From: Schmidtea polychroa
Taxonomy: Eukaryota
Length of the DNA: 64,000 nucleotides
Assembly (NCBI GenBank): GCA_044892525.1
Contig: CM097885.1
Location: 14,758,001 to 14,822,000 of the forward strand
Direction of reading: 5' to 3'
A program made the position numbers and the translations under genes. The notes under the pieces were generated by a model. It saw nothing but the letters and a program-made list of their open reading frames with translations. It ran no database searches and was not told the DNA's origin. Every line of letters starts with the position of its first letter. Position 1 is the stretch's first letter. Shown in pieces: positions 14,420 to 28,902 of the stretch.

Positions 14420-14659
14420 CTAATTATTGTTTCGTTAGACGACGAATTTCAAAAAGTTAACTCACATTAGTATTTTTCAAATTCTCACTGATATATGGAT
14501 CGATGAAAGTGGATGTCGATGGATTTTCTATAAATTATTCATTAGATCAAATCGGAAAGGTTGAGAATTTGAAAAACGTTTAAAGGATATTTTGAATCAA
14601 TGCAATTTTTAACTATTTCTATTTACATTTTACTTCAAAAACAATTTTTAACACGTAAC

Positions 14660-14810
14660 GACAATGAGAATTTTTTCATTTCTGCTTTGTGAGACAAACG
14701 CTAATAAAAGAAGAGGGTGCTCGGGGTGTTACAAGAAGTTAAGCAATGAACATGGACGTACTACTGGCACTACGGATTGCAATACTGATATACCTGCATT
14801 GACGATATTG
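14660..14810 (+). mobile_element. piggyBac-like transposase C-terminal relic
   Basis: KRRGCSGCYKKLSNEHGR...TTDC resembles PGBD-type Cys-rich tails; no ends identified. Confidence 0.4.
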
Positions 14811-17800
14811 AAAATTTTTTTTATTCAAATACTTTGTATAATTTCCTAAAAATATTTCGAATGTATTTTGCTAAAAAAAATTTCATTAAATTTCGAATTT
14901 TTCATAAAAATAATTGGTAGTAGGCATTGCTATATCATAACTATATCATAACAAGCATTTAGGAATATTTCATTTTTGCGTACTGTTGAATAACTATATA
15001 TTTTTTTATATTATTCCAAGTTCCATATTTGTTAACATCAGTGTTTTTAGTGTTTTTCATTTAAACGAACACGCGAAACACAATTTTGAGTAATCGGCTT
15101 AAAGAAGAACATGATATTAGAATAAAAGAATATTTCATTTTAGCCTATTTCTTTGATCAGAATTCGTGAAAAAAATGCCACAATACCGGCGTTTTTGCAA
15201 ACCCTAACTGCCACAAGCCGAACAAGACAGGTCAACATTCGTTGTTCCAAATACTTAAACCAATACTGTATCACCTGCTTCAAAAGGCTTCATAAAATAT
15301 GTGGTTAATTTTTCAATTATATTTGTTGTTTATGATCCTAATTTTTTTTGTCAAATGTGAATAAACATTGTCCCACGTGGTCTATAAAGTGTGAGTCACA
15401 TGATGATCTTAGTGTTAAGAGGATAAAACTCAAAGTTTAATTATCCCATAAAAAATTTCTATTTCAAAGTTTAGGTAAAATATTTTCATCTTTGAAAATC
15501 ATTGGGAAAAGATCATTTGAAAAGACTGGGATATTCCTAACAACTAGAAAATTAAGTTAAGTACTATGCTATCGTTTTCAATAAAAGAACTAAAAAGTCA
15601 GCCCAATATTTATTAGTGAAAGAAGAAATTGGCGAAGCGAATTTCGTGGAAATAGTTCTCGGAGTTATTAATCATATAAATTCTAAAGACGACATCTCTG
15701 ATAAAAACTGTAAAGTCACTAATTTTACTGTAAAAGTTACAGGAAAGACCTACCTCAGCGAAAAATCTTGTGCTATCCTTGTGCTAACAGAGAGCTGGAA
15801 AATTGTCTGTCTCCAGACTGAAATAATATATTTTAGCAAAGAGGACAGAAAATGCGAAAATTCCTAAGTAAGAAACGGGTTCAGGAAATGATGATATTGT
15901 TCGACCAAAAAAAGCTCTCGCTTCACTGAAAAATGAGTTTGAATTAAATTAGCACAGAAATTGTTTGTTTTAAAAAGTTTTCGGAACGCATCTCTTCATT
16001 TTATATTGGCTCTTAGTCTTCTATAACACAGATACACACAACACGTAATCTACCATATTATCTTTTATTTTTTGTCACCTTTAATCAGTTTTCTATTTTT
16101 GATATTTCAATCATTTTCAATATGGCAAAAGATCAAAAATTAATTTTCTCTGCAACACAACTTCACTTTTGATTTTTTCCCTCATGAAAATCAATAAAAT
16201 ATCAACAAAAATTTTATTAGAATTAAAAATTTTTTAAAATGAATATAATATAATATCAAAATGATGAAAATTTAAAAAAATTACTTTGAAAAGGAATATT
16301 GTTTGATTTCGAACTAATAATACTATTGATGGGGCCATGATTGATCATCTGAGCAGTGCAAAAATCTTTCATTAAGATTTTTCTATTAAATGTTGAATTG
16401 AGCTTTATTGACTTATCAACATTTTTCATCTGCGATAATTAGAATGATCTTAATTTAATTTTTTACATTTTTAACAAATATGAGACACTCCATAAAGCAA
16501 TTCCAAGAAACATAATGATATCTAGTGCATAGACTGACTAAAATGCTCCCGATAAGAGCCAAATAAGCCCAGAACAAGTCTGTCATTAGAAATTGCATCA
16601 CTTTAAAACTTTATCTTGTTCTATAAGTCACCTGAAACCAAAAACCATTTGAATTTAATAGGCTACATTAAAAATTGCGCTTGTTTTGGAAATTTGCTAC
16701 ATTACTCGATACCATGGATATTAAAACCATTGTTTACGCTTTTTATTTGTTATCATCGGCCACACGGGCGGTCCCTTGTCATGTTCTAGATAACTAATAT
16801 CGATCAAGAATGAATCTATATTATTTTTCTACGATACGTTACGTAGACATACTGTTTGCTACACGGTAGTGTAGGCCAGACTTGTATACATCGGAACGTG
16901 ACGCTTTATTTAACCCTTTGCAAACATTTTTTTGGAACATTTGGCATGCAAAGTAACGACTAGAATCTTGATACGGGTGACGCCTGCTTCTGTCTGCGAG
17001 AAAAACTGGTTAACATTTGACTTTGCCTACACGAAAAAGCGAAAACGTATGCAGTGAAAGAGAGGGGTATGAGATGATGTGTGTTGTGCATGCAAATCTT
17101 CGCCTAAAGGAAAAGCTAGAGAATATAAATTATATGGAGGAAAGTATAGGGTTGTCAGATCAATCAGATTGTGATAGTAATTTTTAGTGATATGTAGCGT
17201 TTTAAAGTTACTATTAAATGTTCTTAGTTAGCTTGATCTGCTTAGTTTAATAACTTAATTACACCAACACTGTTCGACACTATTAAAAGATATATTTCAA
17301 ATTAACGAGGCCTGGCCGCTCACTTAATGCTAACAAGGGGCTTCCTTATTAATTCTGGCATCTTTAAACATTATAAATTAATAAAACCAAACTTTTGATT
17401 TGTTCCAAAGAATTATTAGTTGTGACCTGAAAGGATATGATTTTAAATAATAGTGCTTCGACGCTCTTAAAACAATGACAAAATACAAAACCAATGTGAT
17501 AATCTATAAATAATTCTAAATAAACAACATTGCATGAAATGAAAGTAAATATAATTAATAAAAGATAACTTGAAAAAGTCTATTATTATTTGTTGTTATA
17601 GCAATAACGCTTTCAATAACAATACCAACATCTCTCTTATTTGCAAATTTATACTGATAATATTCAGATTTGAAATTCATAATATTTTACAAAGAGAAAG
17701 AATGATTATTCACGTTATTCTAATGAAACGCGTTAAATCAATTTAGATGCTAAATTTGAAATTATTTAAATTAAAATCAATGATTTCACTGAGGGACATC

Positions 17801-19354
17801 AATCAGAATTACTTCAAATATAGATTTATATGAAATGGAATAAGGTACGTAGGTCACCTAGAATGGAAAAGAAAATATATGTATCCAGTTACTCATTATT
17901 GCTTTTATTTGCTCAAATTTACTAAGAATATAAATCTTTTTTAAATAAGTAAAGAAACGAAATATCAGAAAAATTAAATAATTTTCATTTTCATAATTTT
18001 TCAAAATCAATAATGAAGAATTTTCAATTATATGACAAGCAATCAATAAAATGATTAAGGATAACCACAAATTTGCCATACAGCCTTTATCAAGTCTTAC
18101 TCGACCAATCTTTATTACACGCAGAAAGGAGAATTGTTTAGATCAATTTCATTTTAGTTTAAAAATCGATAAAAGTCACAAAGTTGAATTTTTGACGGAA
18201 GTCTTGAAGACTAGATTTTGTAAAGAATTTTTATATACTACTAATTTTAATGAGACTTAAGAAAATAGAAAAATAAAGCTGATTATAATTTTTCAGAATT
18301 GTAACTAAAATTTTACTATCTGACAAAAATTTCCCAATGTCCTTATTTTATAATCAAATAAATATTTTAAGATTTATTTTTCTAATTTCAACATTATTAT
18401 GAAAATTATTAACATTAAAAAATATTTTAAAACTTTATAATTAATGAAAAATATAACTTTTAAATAACCAACTGCTTATAATGTGTGTTCTTGGTGCACA
18501 TAATTATTGAGAGCGGGTGTAACACGTAACAACTATATAAAATACACAAAAAGGGCAAAAATCGTGCAAATTTTAAATTATTAAAAAAATTCAATTTATG
18601 GATATTTCAAGTGCTTTATCACATTTAGATTTTCCACGAATAAGAGAGTAACAAAGAGGAGCAATGTAAATTATAATTGAAATATTAAAGTTAAAGTTAA
18701 ATATTTTTAGGTTTAAAATTGACAAAATAAAGATTGATCGAGAAGTCACGGAACGGAGAGAAATTTACTACAATCACACAAGAATAATGTTGTAAATAAA
18801 AGTTCAATAAAACTTACCTTTTTGAAAATAATGCATAAATGCGATGAAATTCATAATAAACTCGACAATTTTACTTTTTATTAAAAATATTATTTAACAT
18901 CAAAAATTTTAAAAACTGCAAATGAATATGTACCCCATATAATACAAATAGCATTGAAGACGCATTGCTTGTTAATTAGAATAAACAAAAATTAAAAGGA
19001 TTTCCACTGTTATCGGCAAATAGATATTTTCAATATAAATAATTTGCGTATAATCGATCACTAAAAGATCAATCGAGAAATAATTGGGACTGTGTACCTA
19101 TCAACTGGGTTCGATTTAGACCTCAAACTTATCTCTTTGTTTACTTTTAATCTCCCTTCCTTTCAATTTTCACTTATCCAAACTTAGATCTATATTTTAG
19201 CACTTCATTTTCAAGTTTTATAACATGTGAAATATGGATTGTCGATAATTGTCTATGCTTTTAGTAATTGATTTTGTTCGTAACGATTTATTATTTATTA
19301 CACAAGGTTAATATTCCAATTTTAATAAATAATCAATTAGAAAAAAATTCATAC

Positions 19355-19458
19355 ACTCGAATCCTTTTTCACTTCTTGGAAAGCTGAATTTTCTCTATTG
19401 ACTGGCGGAGGATAGATATTTTTGAAATCTTCACTAATACTGTCGAGCAAAGTTGTAA
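19355..19458 (-). CDS. ncor: NCoR/SMRT exon 10 (LTTLLDSISEDF...KKDSS)
   Basis: CTTCAG|TT phase-1 acceptor matching the previous exon; donor AGT|GTATGA. Confidence 0.75.
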
Positions 19459-19511
19459 CTGAAGCAGATTATTTTTCTAATAACTAGTTATTAATTAGCA
19501 CCAACTATTAC

Positions 19512-19755
19512 GTTTTATATTTGATTCATCAAAATTGATTTTTTGAAAAATGGAATGATTATCGAAAATTTTCAAATTTTGTTTATCGGCAAACTGTTCG
19601 CTAAGAAAATTAATCTGATCGTTTCGCTGAGGTTTATTAACTTCTCTTTTATTCTCTAAACATTGTGCTAAGCTTTGCTCAATCGAATATTCAATTGCAT
19701 CTTTTATGTGAATATATTCAGTTTTACATGGTACACTCGAACTGGGTTTTGGATC
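19512..19755 (-). CDS. ncor: NCoR/SMRT exon 9 (contains IKDAIEYSIEQSL helix)
   Basis: TTTTTAG|GAT acceptor, 81 open codons, donor C|GTAATA, then a 53-nt intron. Confidence 0.78.
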
Positions 19756-21135
19756 CTAAAAATATGCAACTCTTAAATAAGAGAAACAAAAAAAATCCAT
19801 TTGGTTTGGTAATATTAAATAAAGATTAACTTATTGATAACTTATTGATAAAATTTTGGATTTGCAAATGTAAGTAAGTGGAGAGATAATAAAGTTTTAG
19901 AATAATCACAATTTTAAAATAAAAGTCTACCGATTAATGCATAAAATAATTTTATAGAAAAATTTGCAATTATATTTTCCCGAGATATTCCACATGAATA
20001 ATATTCTTGCTTCTTAAGATATGACCAAGGTTAGTTCAGATCGAGGAAATGTCAAATTGCGTCCATCCAAACTATAGCATCAACTGATAAAATGTTACTT
20101 GTAACTGGCATATATTACATAGTAATAATCATCATATGTTCATTTAGTTAAAAAATGAATTAAATAATAACAACATTATTATTATTTATTTATTATTAAA
20201 CTAAATAGAAATTTATTGTAAAATATAAAAATTATGTCAGATACGACAATTATTTAATAACCTTGTATATCATCATAAATATTTCAAAATATATTCGAGA
20301 ATTAATAAATAGACAAATTTAAAATAAAATGTTACTCAAAAGAAAACAACTGTGAAATTAAAACAAGAGGTCAAATTAAGCAAATAGGACACTTGACAAG
20401 TAAGAAGCATGTAAAAACCCTGAAATTTAGACTAAGAAATGGCACGATTAAGACACATAAAATCGTGTTATTAACATAAATTTAATTGAGCAAAATTTAG
20501 TCCTATATTCAGTAATATTTACTGCAGGAATATCAGATGACAAAATTTACAATGGATGATTTTAGAGCATTTCCATAGGACAAGTTTCACAAAAATGAAT
20601 AAACAGCAAATGATTACTCCTCCTGCCGATGGTCGACCGTGTTATGGTTTGAAAAGTTATCGAGTGGGATATTAGATCAGAATTATTTATCTTGCCAGAA
20701 AAAGTTAATGTTAAAGAATTGCATAAAATGTTAAATAACTATTGCTATCCATACTATAAAATTGTGATTTTGTAAACACAAATCTCGACTCTTAACTACT
20801 CAAGTTTGAGTTCACACATGAGCATATTTGAGTAACAATCTATCGAATTTATGCAGATGGAAAAGAATATTTCAATAAAAATTACCTAAGAATAATTCTG
20901 TGGTCAAGGAAATCATTAAAAATAAGATATACAAAATACTTTTGTTGTCGTTCAAAAAAAGAATTTTAGAAATTTAAAAGAAGTCTAATTGACAACGAAA
21001 TGCAAAGAATTCTAATATTTAACATGGATTTACAAATTTATTTATTTATTAAATACAAATTGAAAGCGTGGCTATTATTATTTTAAATTGATTTTTGAGA
21101 AAAATTCATTAAGTTTAATAATTTCGTAATATAAC

Positions 21136-21355
21136 CAGGGGGGGCTGGAGCCAGCTCGCGTAAGCCGGTTGTTAAAACCTCTGAAAATCAGCAAGCCGCT
21201 TGTTAAATTACGTGTTAAATTTGAATTTATAAGTTTTTTGTGCAAAAGATGTTTTGTTTAGTTATTTTGTGCAATAAATATTTTGCTTTGTTATACATAT
21301 TACACTGTAGAAAAATAAATGAAGACAATGTTCAAATTTTGGCAGCCCACCCCTG
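21136..21355. mobile_element. hAT-type MITE (220 bp)
   Basis: TIRs CAGGGGGGGCTG / CAGCCCACCCCTG and a perfect 8-bp TSD AATATAAC. Confidence 0.9.
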
Positions 21356-22781
21356 AATATAACCATTTAAAAAAATTAATATTTTGATATGAAGTTCTTC
21401 AGTTAACAAATTTCTGTATTTTTAATATCTTTGTCTAGATTGTTGTTTAAATTATTTTACCGCATTGAAAATATTTCATATTTATTAATGATTCCAAAAA
21501 TAGTTTTTGCTTATGATTTTATTAATGTTCAACGAAACCTCTTAAGTGGTAACTTATTTTAAAATGCCTTCCCTCCCAAGTTATATTCTATCAAATTAAC
21601 TTAATACTTAGCATACGGAAATGGATAATTGAAATTAGAATTTTATCAACATTTACTGAATTTACTAATTTCTTGCACATAATGCTTTAATAATACGGTA
21701 AAAATTCATACAACACATGGTCAGTTGTATGTTGCATGTTCAAGAATTGGAATTGGGGAGAATTTGTACGTTTTTCCCCTGACGGTAAAACCCGAAAATT
21801 GTATATCAAACTACATTGTGGTGAAAAAATAAATTTATTTCAACTGTATATTTTATTAAAAGTAACTAATAATACGGACAATATCATTAACTAGACAATG
21901 ATTCCAGGTACGTTGTTGTAATATTCTTGACTAATATCGGGAACCTCGGCTAGTTGATGTATAAATATGCTTCGTAAACTTCGTAAAGTTACCTTCATTT
22001 ATCAATTGAAAAAATTAGCTACCTTTATTTTAAAAATTTCTAATCATTTAATCAGAATCCATAATATTCATACAAATGTTATGAAAATTAGTGAAAATTA
22101 AAGCCAAAACTACTAATCGTTGCTCAAGACCTGTCATAACTTGCAAATGTCAACATAACCACGCTGCTATTTATTCAAGTGCAATAACACACCTGAAGCT
22201 ATGTTACTAAGTTCAAAAGTTTAAGTAGGACTTAATCGTTTAATTATTATTATTAATTTATAGTTTTAGAATATCGAAATGCAAAAAAAACAGAAACTTA
22301 ACGATAGGATTGAAATTAAATTTTCTAATTAATTCATAATAATAAAATAAGCCTAACTTCATTTTGTACCAATAATTTTATAATTCAACCAGTACTTTTC
22401 GTTAACCGAAATTGTTCATTTTTATGGTTTTATTCCAATGAGGTTAATTTTCAATGGAAATAATTCTCAAGCTAATAGCACAAAATGTTTATTTATCATT
22501 CAATTTCCGATTGGTTTGCAAATCGGAAATAGATTGACATATCGTTTATATATAAACATTTAGAGGCGCCAATCTCAATAGCCATTTAAATTGGTTTTTT
22601 AAAAGGCTTTAGATATTGAAAAAACGAATACCGTGTTATGTTCCAGAAATTACGCGAAAATATTATAAATGATAATACAAGATTTTACTAATCATTTTAT
22701 GATTGTAGGAAAAATTGTTAAAATCGAAAGCTAATTTCTAAGTAAATCGTGTAAAAGAATGAAAATTTACTCTCACGACTA

Positions 22782-23677
22782 CCGTCTTTTTCCGAAAATA
22801 ATCCCTAGATAAAAAATGCAAAAAAAGAATTCGTTAAAAAATGCTGTTGATTTATTAAGTATAAATAATAATATGTTTAGCTTCCCCAATACTCGTATTT
22901 CAGAGAAATGTTTCAAATAAAATATTCCGAGAAAATAATTGTTTACGTGTTTCATGAATTTATGTCATTGAAAGTGATAAAGCCTGGTGCACCCAAGCAG
23001 TTATAAGAAACTGGGTTGATTATATGCTGCCTCCACTGTTGAGGGGTCAGAATAGAGGTTTATTAATTTGGGATTCGGCCAGTTCTCACCGCTCTAAAGA
23101 CATGAAAAACTTTCTTGCTGAGAGGTAGATTGATCAAATAATGATTCCGGCAGGAATGACTGGTTACTTCCAGACACTTGATATTGCAATAAACAAGCCA
23201 TTCATGGATTAATTGCGGATGGAAATCAATGAATATATTGAAAACAGAATGGTGAGAAATCATTGAGGTAAATTTGTAAAACAAGGCTTACAAGAAGTTG
23301 TGAATTGGGTAAAAAAAATCATGGGACAAAATAACTGATAGTGATGTTTCCAATGCACTACGAACAGGCTACTTAGACAAGAAGTATTCATTTAACGATA
23401 GCTATATCGCAAGACATGAGAGATTCGGACCAATGATTCAACAGGAAATGGATGTAATAGAAAATGAGAATATAATTCAGAATTTTATTTATGACGATGT
23501 TCCAGAAGAAGATGACATGACTGTAATTGAATAAATTTAAATTTCTGCATTCTGTGTAAAATAAATATTAAATAAAAAAATATACTTTTATTTTGGCCCT
23601 CCACCGAAATTAAGCCCTATCGCGTATTTTGGACCAAAAAAAATAGTAAGACTGTCTTATTTTCGGAAAAAGACCGG
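22782..23677 (+). mobile_element. pogo-family deletion derivative
   Basis: TA-flanked TIRs CCGTCTTTTTCCGAAAATAA / TTATTTTCGGAAAAAGACCGG; DDE relic LIWDSASSHR...IPAGMTGYFQTLDIAINKPF containing stops. Confidence 0.9.
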
Positions 23678-26600
23678 TATTAGAAGAATTCCTTAATTTT
23701 GATTTTCTACATTATTCCACCAATTCTAATGCGAATAAAATTCATATTATCTTTAAAATTTTACATTATTTTAAACCAGGCTGGACAAAGTATGGCCTAC
23801 AAAAATAATTTTTTGAACTCTATCTTTTACGCATTTATTAGGTATGTCCAGCGACCATTATTCAAAATCAAAAATTGGCCTTCTAGGTCACAAAGTTTTC
23901 CCACTCCTGGATTAGACTTTTAATATTATAAAATTGAGATTTTAATTTGAACAACAATGTGTCTTAAAAATATTAAACGAATTCCTACAGTTTTCCACGA
24001 TTGTAATTATTCGTACATTAAACCAAAAGCTAGAGGAATGTTGTATTAATTTCATGTTCAAGTTTTCAATTTTATATAAGCAGTCATTCATACTCAAAAT
24101 TGCCAAAAATGAAATAAAAATAATAGTACATTTGCTTAAAAAACGAGAAAAATGAATAATTTCAACATTAATACATGTGTTGCCAATTTTGTTAATATAA
24201 TCGAGATTTCGTTGTATTCGAATTAGGAAAAATTCTTACACGGAAAAATTTTCTTGAGATTTAAATAGGTTAAATTGAACGAATTAAATGGCGGTGTAAT
24301 TTATGTTACCACCAGAATGGAGTATGTTTAGCATGTGGTTTAAATTCATATTATTAGCAAAATAAGGAGCCATTGGATTTTCTATAAATTACATGTAAAT
24401 AAACAAACTTAATAATTTTCAATAATAATAATAAATTTGTATCAACCTGGTAATATTAAGGTAATAAAAATTACTTCTTACAGCTATAAAAATTAATCAA
24501 CTTTAATTATTTGGAACATAAGCTCATTAAAAAAAAATAAAACCACGAGTAATTATTTGTTTACTTATATATTTTTAAATATTTGTCTCTCAAAGTATTG
24601 CAATGTCACACGTAAGCAGAGCGCAAGTCAAAAACTTCTGAATTCTATAAATTTACATAATCATAACTGGGTGAGTTTATCTTTTTGAAAAACTTTTATT
24701 AGAAGTGTGGTTACCAATAATCAGTAAATACCAATAATTAAGATACATTAAAGTTCAAAATGTATTTATATGACAATGATGAAAATAGTTATGTAATAAG
24801 ATTAATTAAAAATTAAGTTTGTATTTATAACAACAGATAACATTGAATATTGCAGTTCTGACGCTATAATGTTCAATGTAGCCTGGTTGTAAGTGGTCAT
24901 GTTATAGGGTCTGATATAAAGTGAACAGATATGAACCAAATACGCTCGAAAATCGTCTGATTGCTTGTAAAAAGCTTTAATGAGCTTTTAATATCCATTG
25001 TCACACTTAATTTCATCGTATATTTCAATGGCCTTTACAAACAAGAGACTAACAAAACTATCTTACAATCGTTCATCAATATTAATATGCCTAAGAAACA
25101 TTTAACTTCAACAATAACATGGTCATCATTTTATAATTATTTTTGACGATATTTTTAGTAATGACGCTTTCATTAATTTTATTTATGAAAAATATTTTAC
25201 AATTTATATCAATTAATTTCGTTCAATTCAATTTTAATGAAAAATGATTTTAAATGTTTAACATATTTGAATAAACACTTGAAAAAGACAGTGGCGTAAA
25301 TTTGTGTTACATAGGAAAATAATTTTTGATCTACAGTCGCAATGAAGTTAAATACAATGTTAAAAGAAAAAAAACAGGTCAAAGGTGAACAAAATAAAAT
25401 TAAGACTTTACTAATATAATATAATTAATTTTATTCTCTTTTACAATTTTAAATTTACCGATATGTTTAAAATTATTTTTATTATATTACATCAGAATTC
25501 TATGATGAAATAAAATTTAAACTTTCGTTGACTAACAGATAATAATCTTATTTAACATGCTAAAAATAGGCAATATTCCGAATAATATATTTTTAATAAA
25601 AAAAAATTTTTTTAAGTGAAAATGATTAATTTAAACAAAATATTTTTTTAAAAATATTTAATAAAACCAAAGGTGAAATATTTCATTTTTAGTCTAACTG
25701 AATTAGTGGGTAGTGCAAAATAATAAAATTTGTTCCTGTTCACTATGAACACAAAGTAGCAAGTAGTTATATAAGTGGAAGTTTGAATACTTAGTTATTT
25801 TATTATTAATTAATTGATTATTACATGTGAAATATGTGCAATTTGACAGATCAATAAATGTATTTTCCCCAAAAGTGACCAAACGCATAAATTATGTTTT
25901 TATGGTGCACAAGTTTCTAACATTTTTAAAAACAATTATTTGGTCTCATATAACTATAACATACATTTTAATATTTAATACAATATCGTTTTCAGGAAGC
26001 TTATTTCTCTATTAGGAAATATATCTGAGTAAATAATTGAATTAGTGGAAAACAGGAAGCTAAAATTTTTAGGTTGAATTATTTATTTTATTTGGAATAC
26101 AATAATGATTAAAGTCTTTGATGAGTTTTAAAAATAAATAAAAAAATGTTATTAAGTCTGTAACAATATTTTATATGTGAATTATATTCGTTAATTGTTT
26201 TTAACAATAACCAAAAGTACAAGGTATGTTTAAAAATATTACGGAATTATTTAAACTTTTTGAAATGATCACAAGTCCTTAACCATTATATTTCTAAGAA
26301 TAACTGTTTTAGTTTCTAACTATGTCCTATTCTGAAAGGTATATAAAACAACGGCAGGACGAAGGGGATTACTCTACCGTTTGACATGGAAACTGCACAT
26401 TGTAACAAAGAGACAAGATGATTTTGATTTCCAAAATTAACTTTAATTAAAAGTTACCTAGAAAAAAGCTATTTTAAATTAAGCGTTCATTATACTTTAA
26501 ACAAATGCATTTTAGTTATCCTGATAATTACTATGCGACTGTCAGTTATTAATTATAGTTAACATAATTAATTAGGATATCTGTAAGGATTGAAATACAG

Positions 26601-27904
26601 CCATGATATGTTGCACAAATTTTCATCATAAAACTATTATAATAGCAACAATTTTGTTTATTTTGGAAATAATTTGTGAAATTTGAATCAGAGCTGGTTG
26701 ATAATATTGAACTTAATATCTCGAAAATTTTGTTTTAATACATTAAATTAATGAATATAGAAATTTGTTTATTGAAATAGAACAGCATGTATAAAATATG
26801 TTCGACTTATTTGATAATTCAACAATTTTATGAAGTTTAAATACAATATACTAACAGGTTAATGAAAAAAACCAATCCCGTGCAACTTAGAAATACAATA
26901 TTGCACAATTAGATTTAAATCAGAATTCAAATTCAATTAATTTCAACCAATAAAATCACTTTAAAATATAAAATTTATATAACTATTGAAATACACACTT
27001 GATAAAGTTTCTGTGTCGAAATATGATAGTTTAGTATATGATATAACCAAGAAGCTCCTTATATGAGTGGAATACGCTCCCAACTAGACCAATTTCAATC
27101 AGTGACACTATTTAACAATATTCACATTTCGAAACGAACCAGTATTTTTTAATGAATTTTTTACATCAGTTTATAGCTATTACATTCTAACATTTATTAT
27201 TGATGAAATTCAATTATCTTCAAAATCTAATTGGAATGCTAATAATGGAAAAATTGACAAATTTAATTTAACAAATCCAGAAATTTCGTACTAAAACAAA
27301 TTCTCCAATTTTACATTATACAGGGTGATTAATGAGTCTCCGTGTTTGTCACTGGTAATGTTCTGCTTCAATAAATGTTAATCGTGACGTAAGAAAATAA
27401 ACAAATCAATAAATTCACCCTGAACCGGAAATTTCAATGCAAGTAAAGGTATTTATGACTAGCACAGCTAGAGCAATTCGGGAGTATGAAGAAAGATACG
27501 AGCGGGAAGCACCTGGTTAAAAGAGAGCTTACAGATAAGACATAAGTCAGGAAGGCCATCAGATGAGAATCTCAAGAATGAAGTGATTCACTATGTCTTA
27601 GAACACAACGAAACCACAAATCAGAGACGAACGGCTACGGATATTGGAATATCCCAATCAACCGTTCACAGAATCCCGAGAAAAGAAAATATCCGTCCGT
27701 GGAGATATCAACTAATCCATGAAATCACCGACAAAGATTGCAATTCGTGAATTTATGAAGTGTGCTTACGAGAAGGACGCAATATTGAAAGTAGTATGTT
27801 ATGGGCCATCTAGACCATGGGCCCTCTGGACCACATACCCCTCCCCCCCGGGAAAATTTTTTTTTTTAAAAATAAAAGGTCAAGGTCAATTATTTTTTTT
27901 TTTA

Positions 27905-28460
27905 ATTAATTGGTCCAGCGGGCTCACACTTTTTTTCATCCCAAAAATTAATGTTCCCACCAACGGATTTTATTGGACGATACCTCATCTTAAAGCTCAG
28001 TCCAAGACCTTTCGAATGAGCTATAGGTATCTGATATATCTTTAATAGTTTTAATGTTATTAACATTTGATGACCACCATCTTTTCAAAGTTAAATTATT
28101 ATTATTTTTCAAAATATTATTAATTGGTCCAGCGGGCTCACACTTTTTTTCATCCCAAAAATTAATGTTCCCACCAACGGATTTTATTGGACGATATCTC
28201 AACTTAAAGCTCAGTCCAAGACCTTTCGAATGAGCTATAGGTATCTGATATATCTTTAATAGTTTTAATGTTATTAACAATAGATGACCACCATCTTTTG
28301 AAAGTTAAATTATTATTATTTTCCAAAATATTATTAAGTGATCTGGCGGGCTCCTACTTTTTTCCATCCCAAAAATTAATGTTCCCACCAACAGATTTTA
28401 TTGGACGATACCTCATCTTAAAGCTTAGTGCAAGACCTTTCGAATGAGCTATTAAAGGTA
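27905..28460 (+). repeat. 214-bp tandem repeat (~2.6 units), left Polinton arm
   Basis: Equivalent motifs at 27912, 28126 and 28340. Confidence 0.95.
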
Positions 28461-28511
28461 TCATCATCATTAATATTAACAAAGAGAATGACTCCCCCCA
28501 ATGACTCACCC

Positions 28512-28902
28512 AACGATGCCTAATATTTTTAGAACGATGCCTAATATTTTTAGAACGATGCCTATTATTTTTAGAACGATGCCTAATATTTTTAGAACGA
28601 TGCCTAATATTTTTAGAATGATGCCTAATATTTTTAGAATGATTACGTCATAATTTTAGAATGATGCCTAATATTTTTAGAACGATGCCTAATATTTTTA
28701 GAATGATTACGGCATAATTTTAGAACGATGCCTAATATTTTTAGAATGATTACGTCATAATTTTAGAACGATGCCTAATATTTTTAGAACGGTGCCTAAT
28801 ATTTTTAGAACGATGCCTAATATTTTTAGAATGATGCCTAATATTTTTAGAATGGTGCCTAATATTTTTAGAACGATGCCTAATATTTTTAGAACGATGC
28901 CT
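28512..28902 (+). repeat. 20/21-bp minisatellite (GATGCCTAATATTTTTAGAAC)n, left Polinton arm
   Basis: Directly visible, with GATTACGTCATAATTTTAGAA variants. Confidence 0.97.

Noticed and set aside
23776..23910. Small hAT-like MITE (CCAGG...CCTGG)
   Set aside because: The TIR is very short and the flanking 8-mers do not match as a TSD.
28512..28902. CRISPR-like appearance of the 21-bp arrays (also 32985-33745)
   Set aside because: Units are head-to-tail with no unique spacers, there are no cas genes, and the context is eukaryotic. They are TIR minisatellites.
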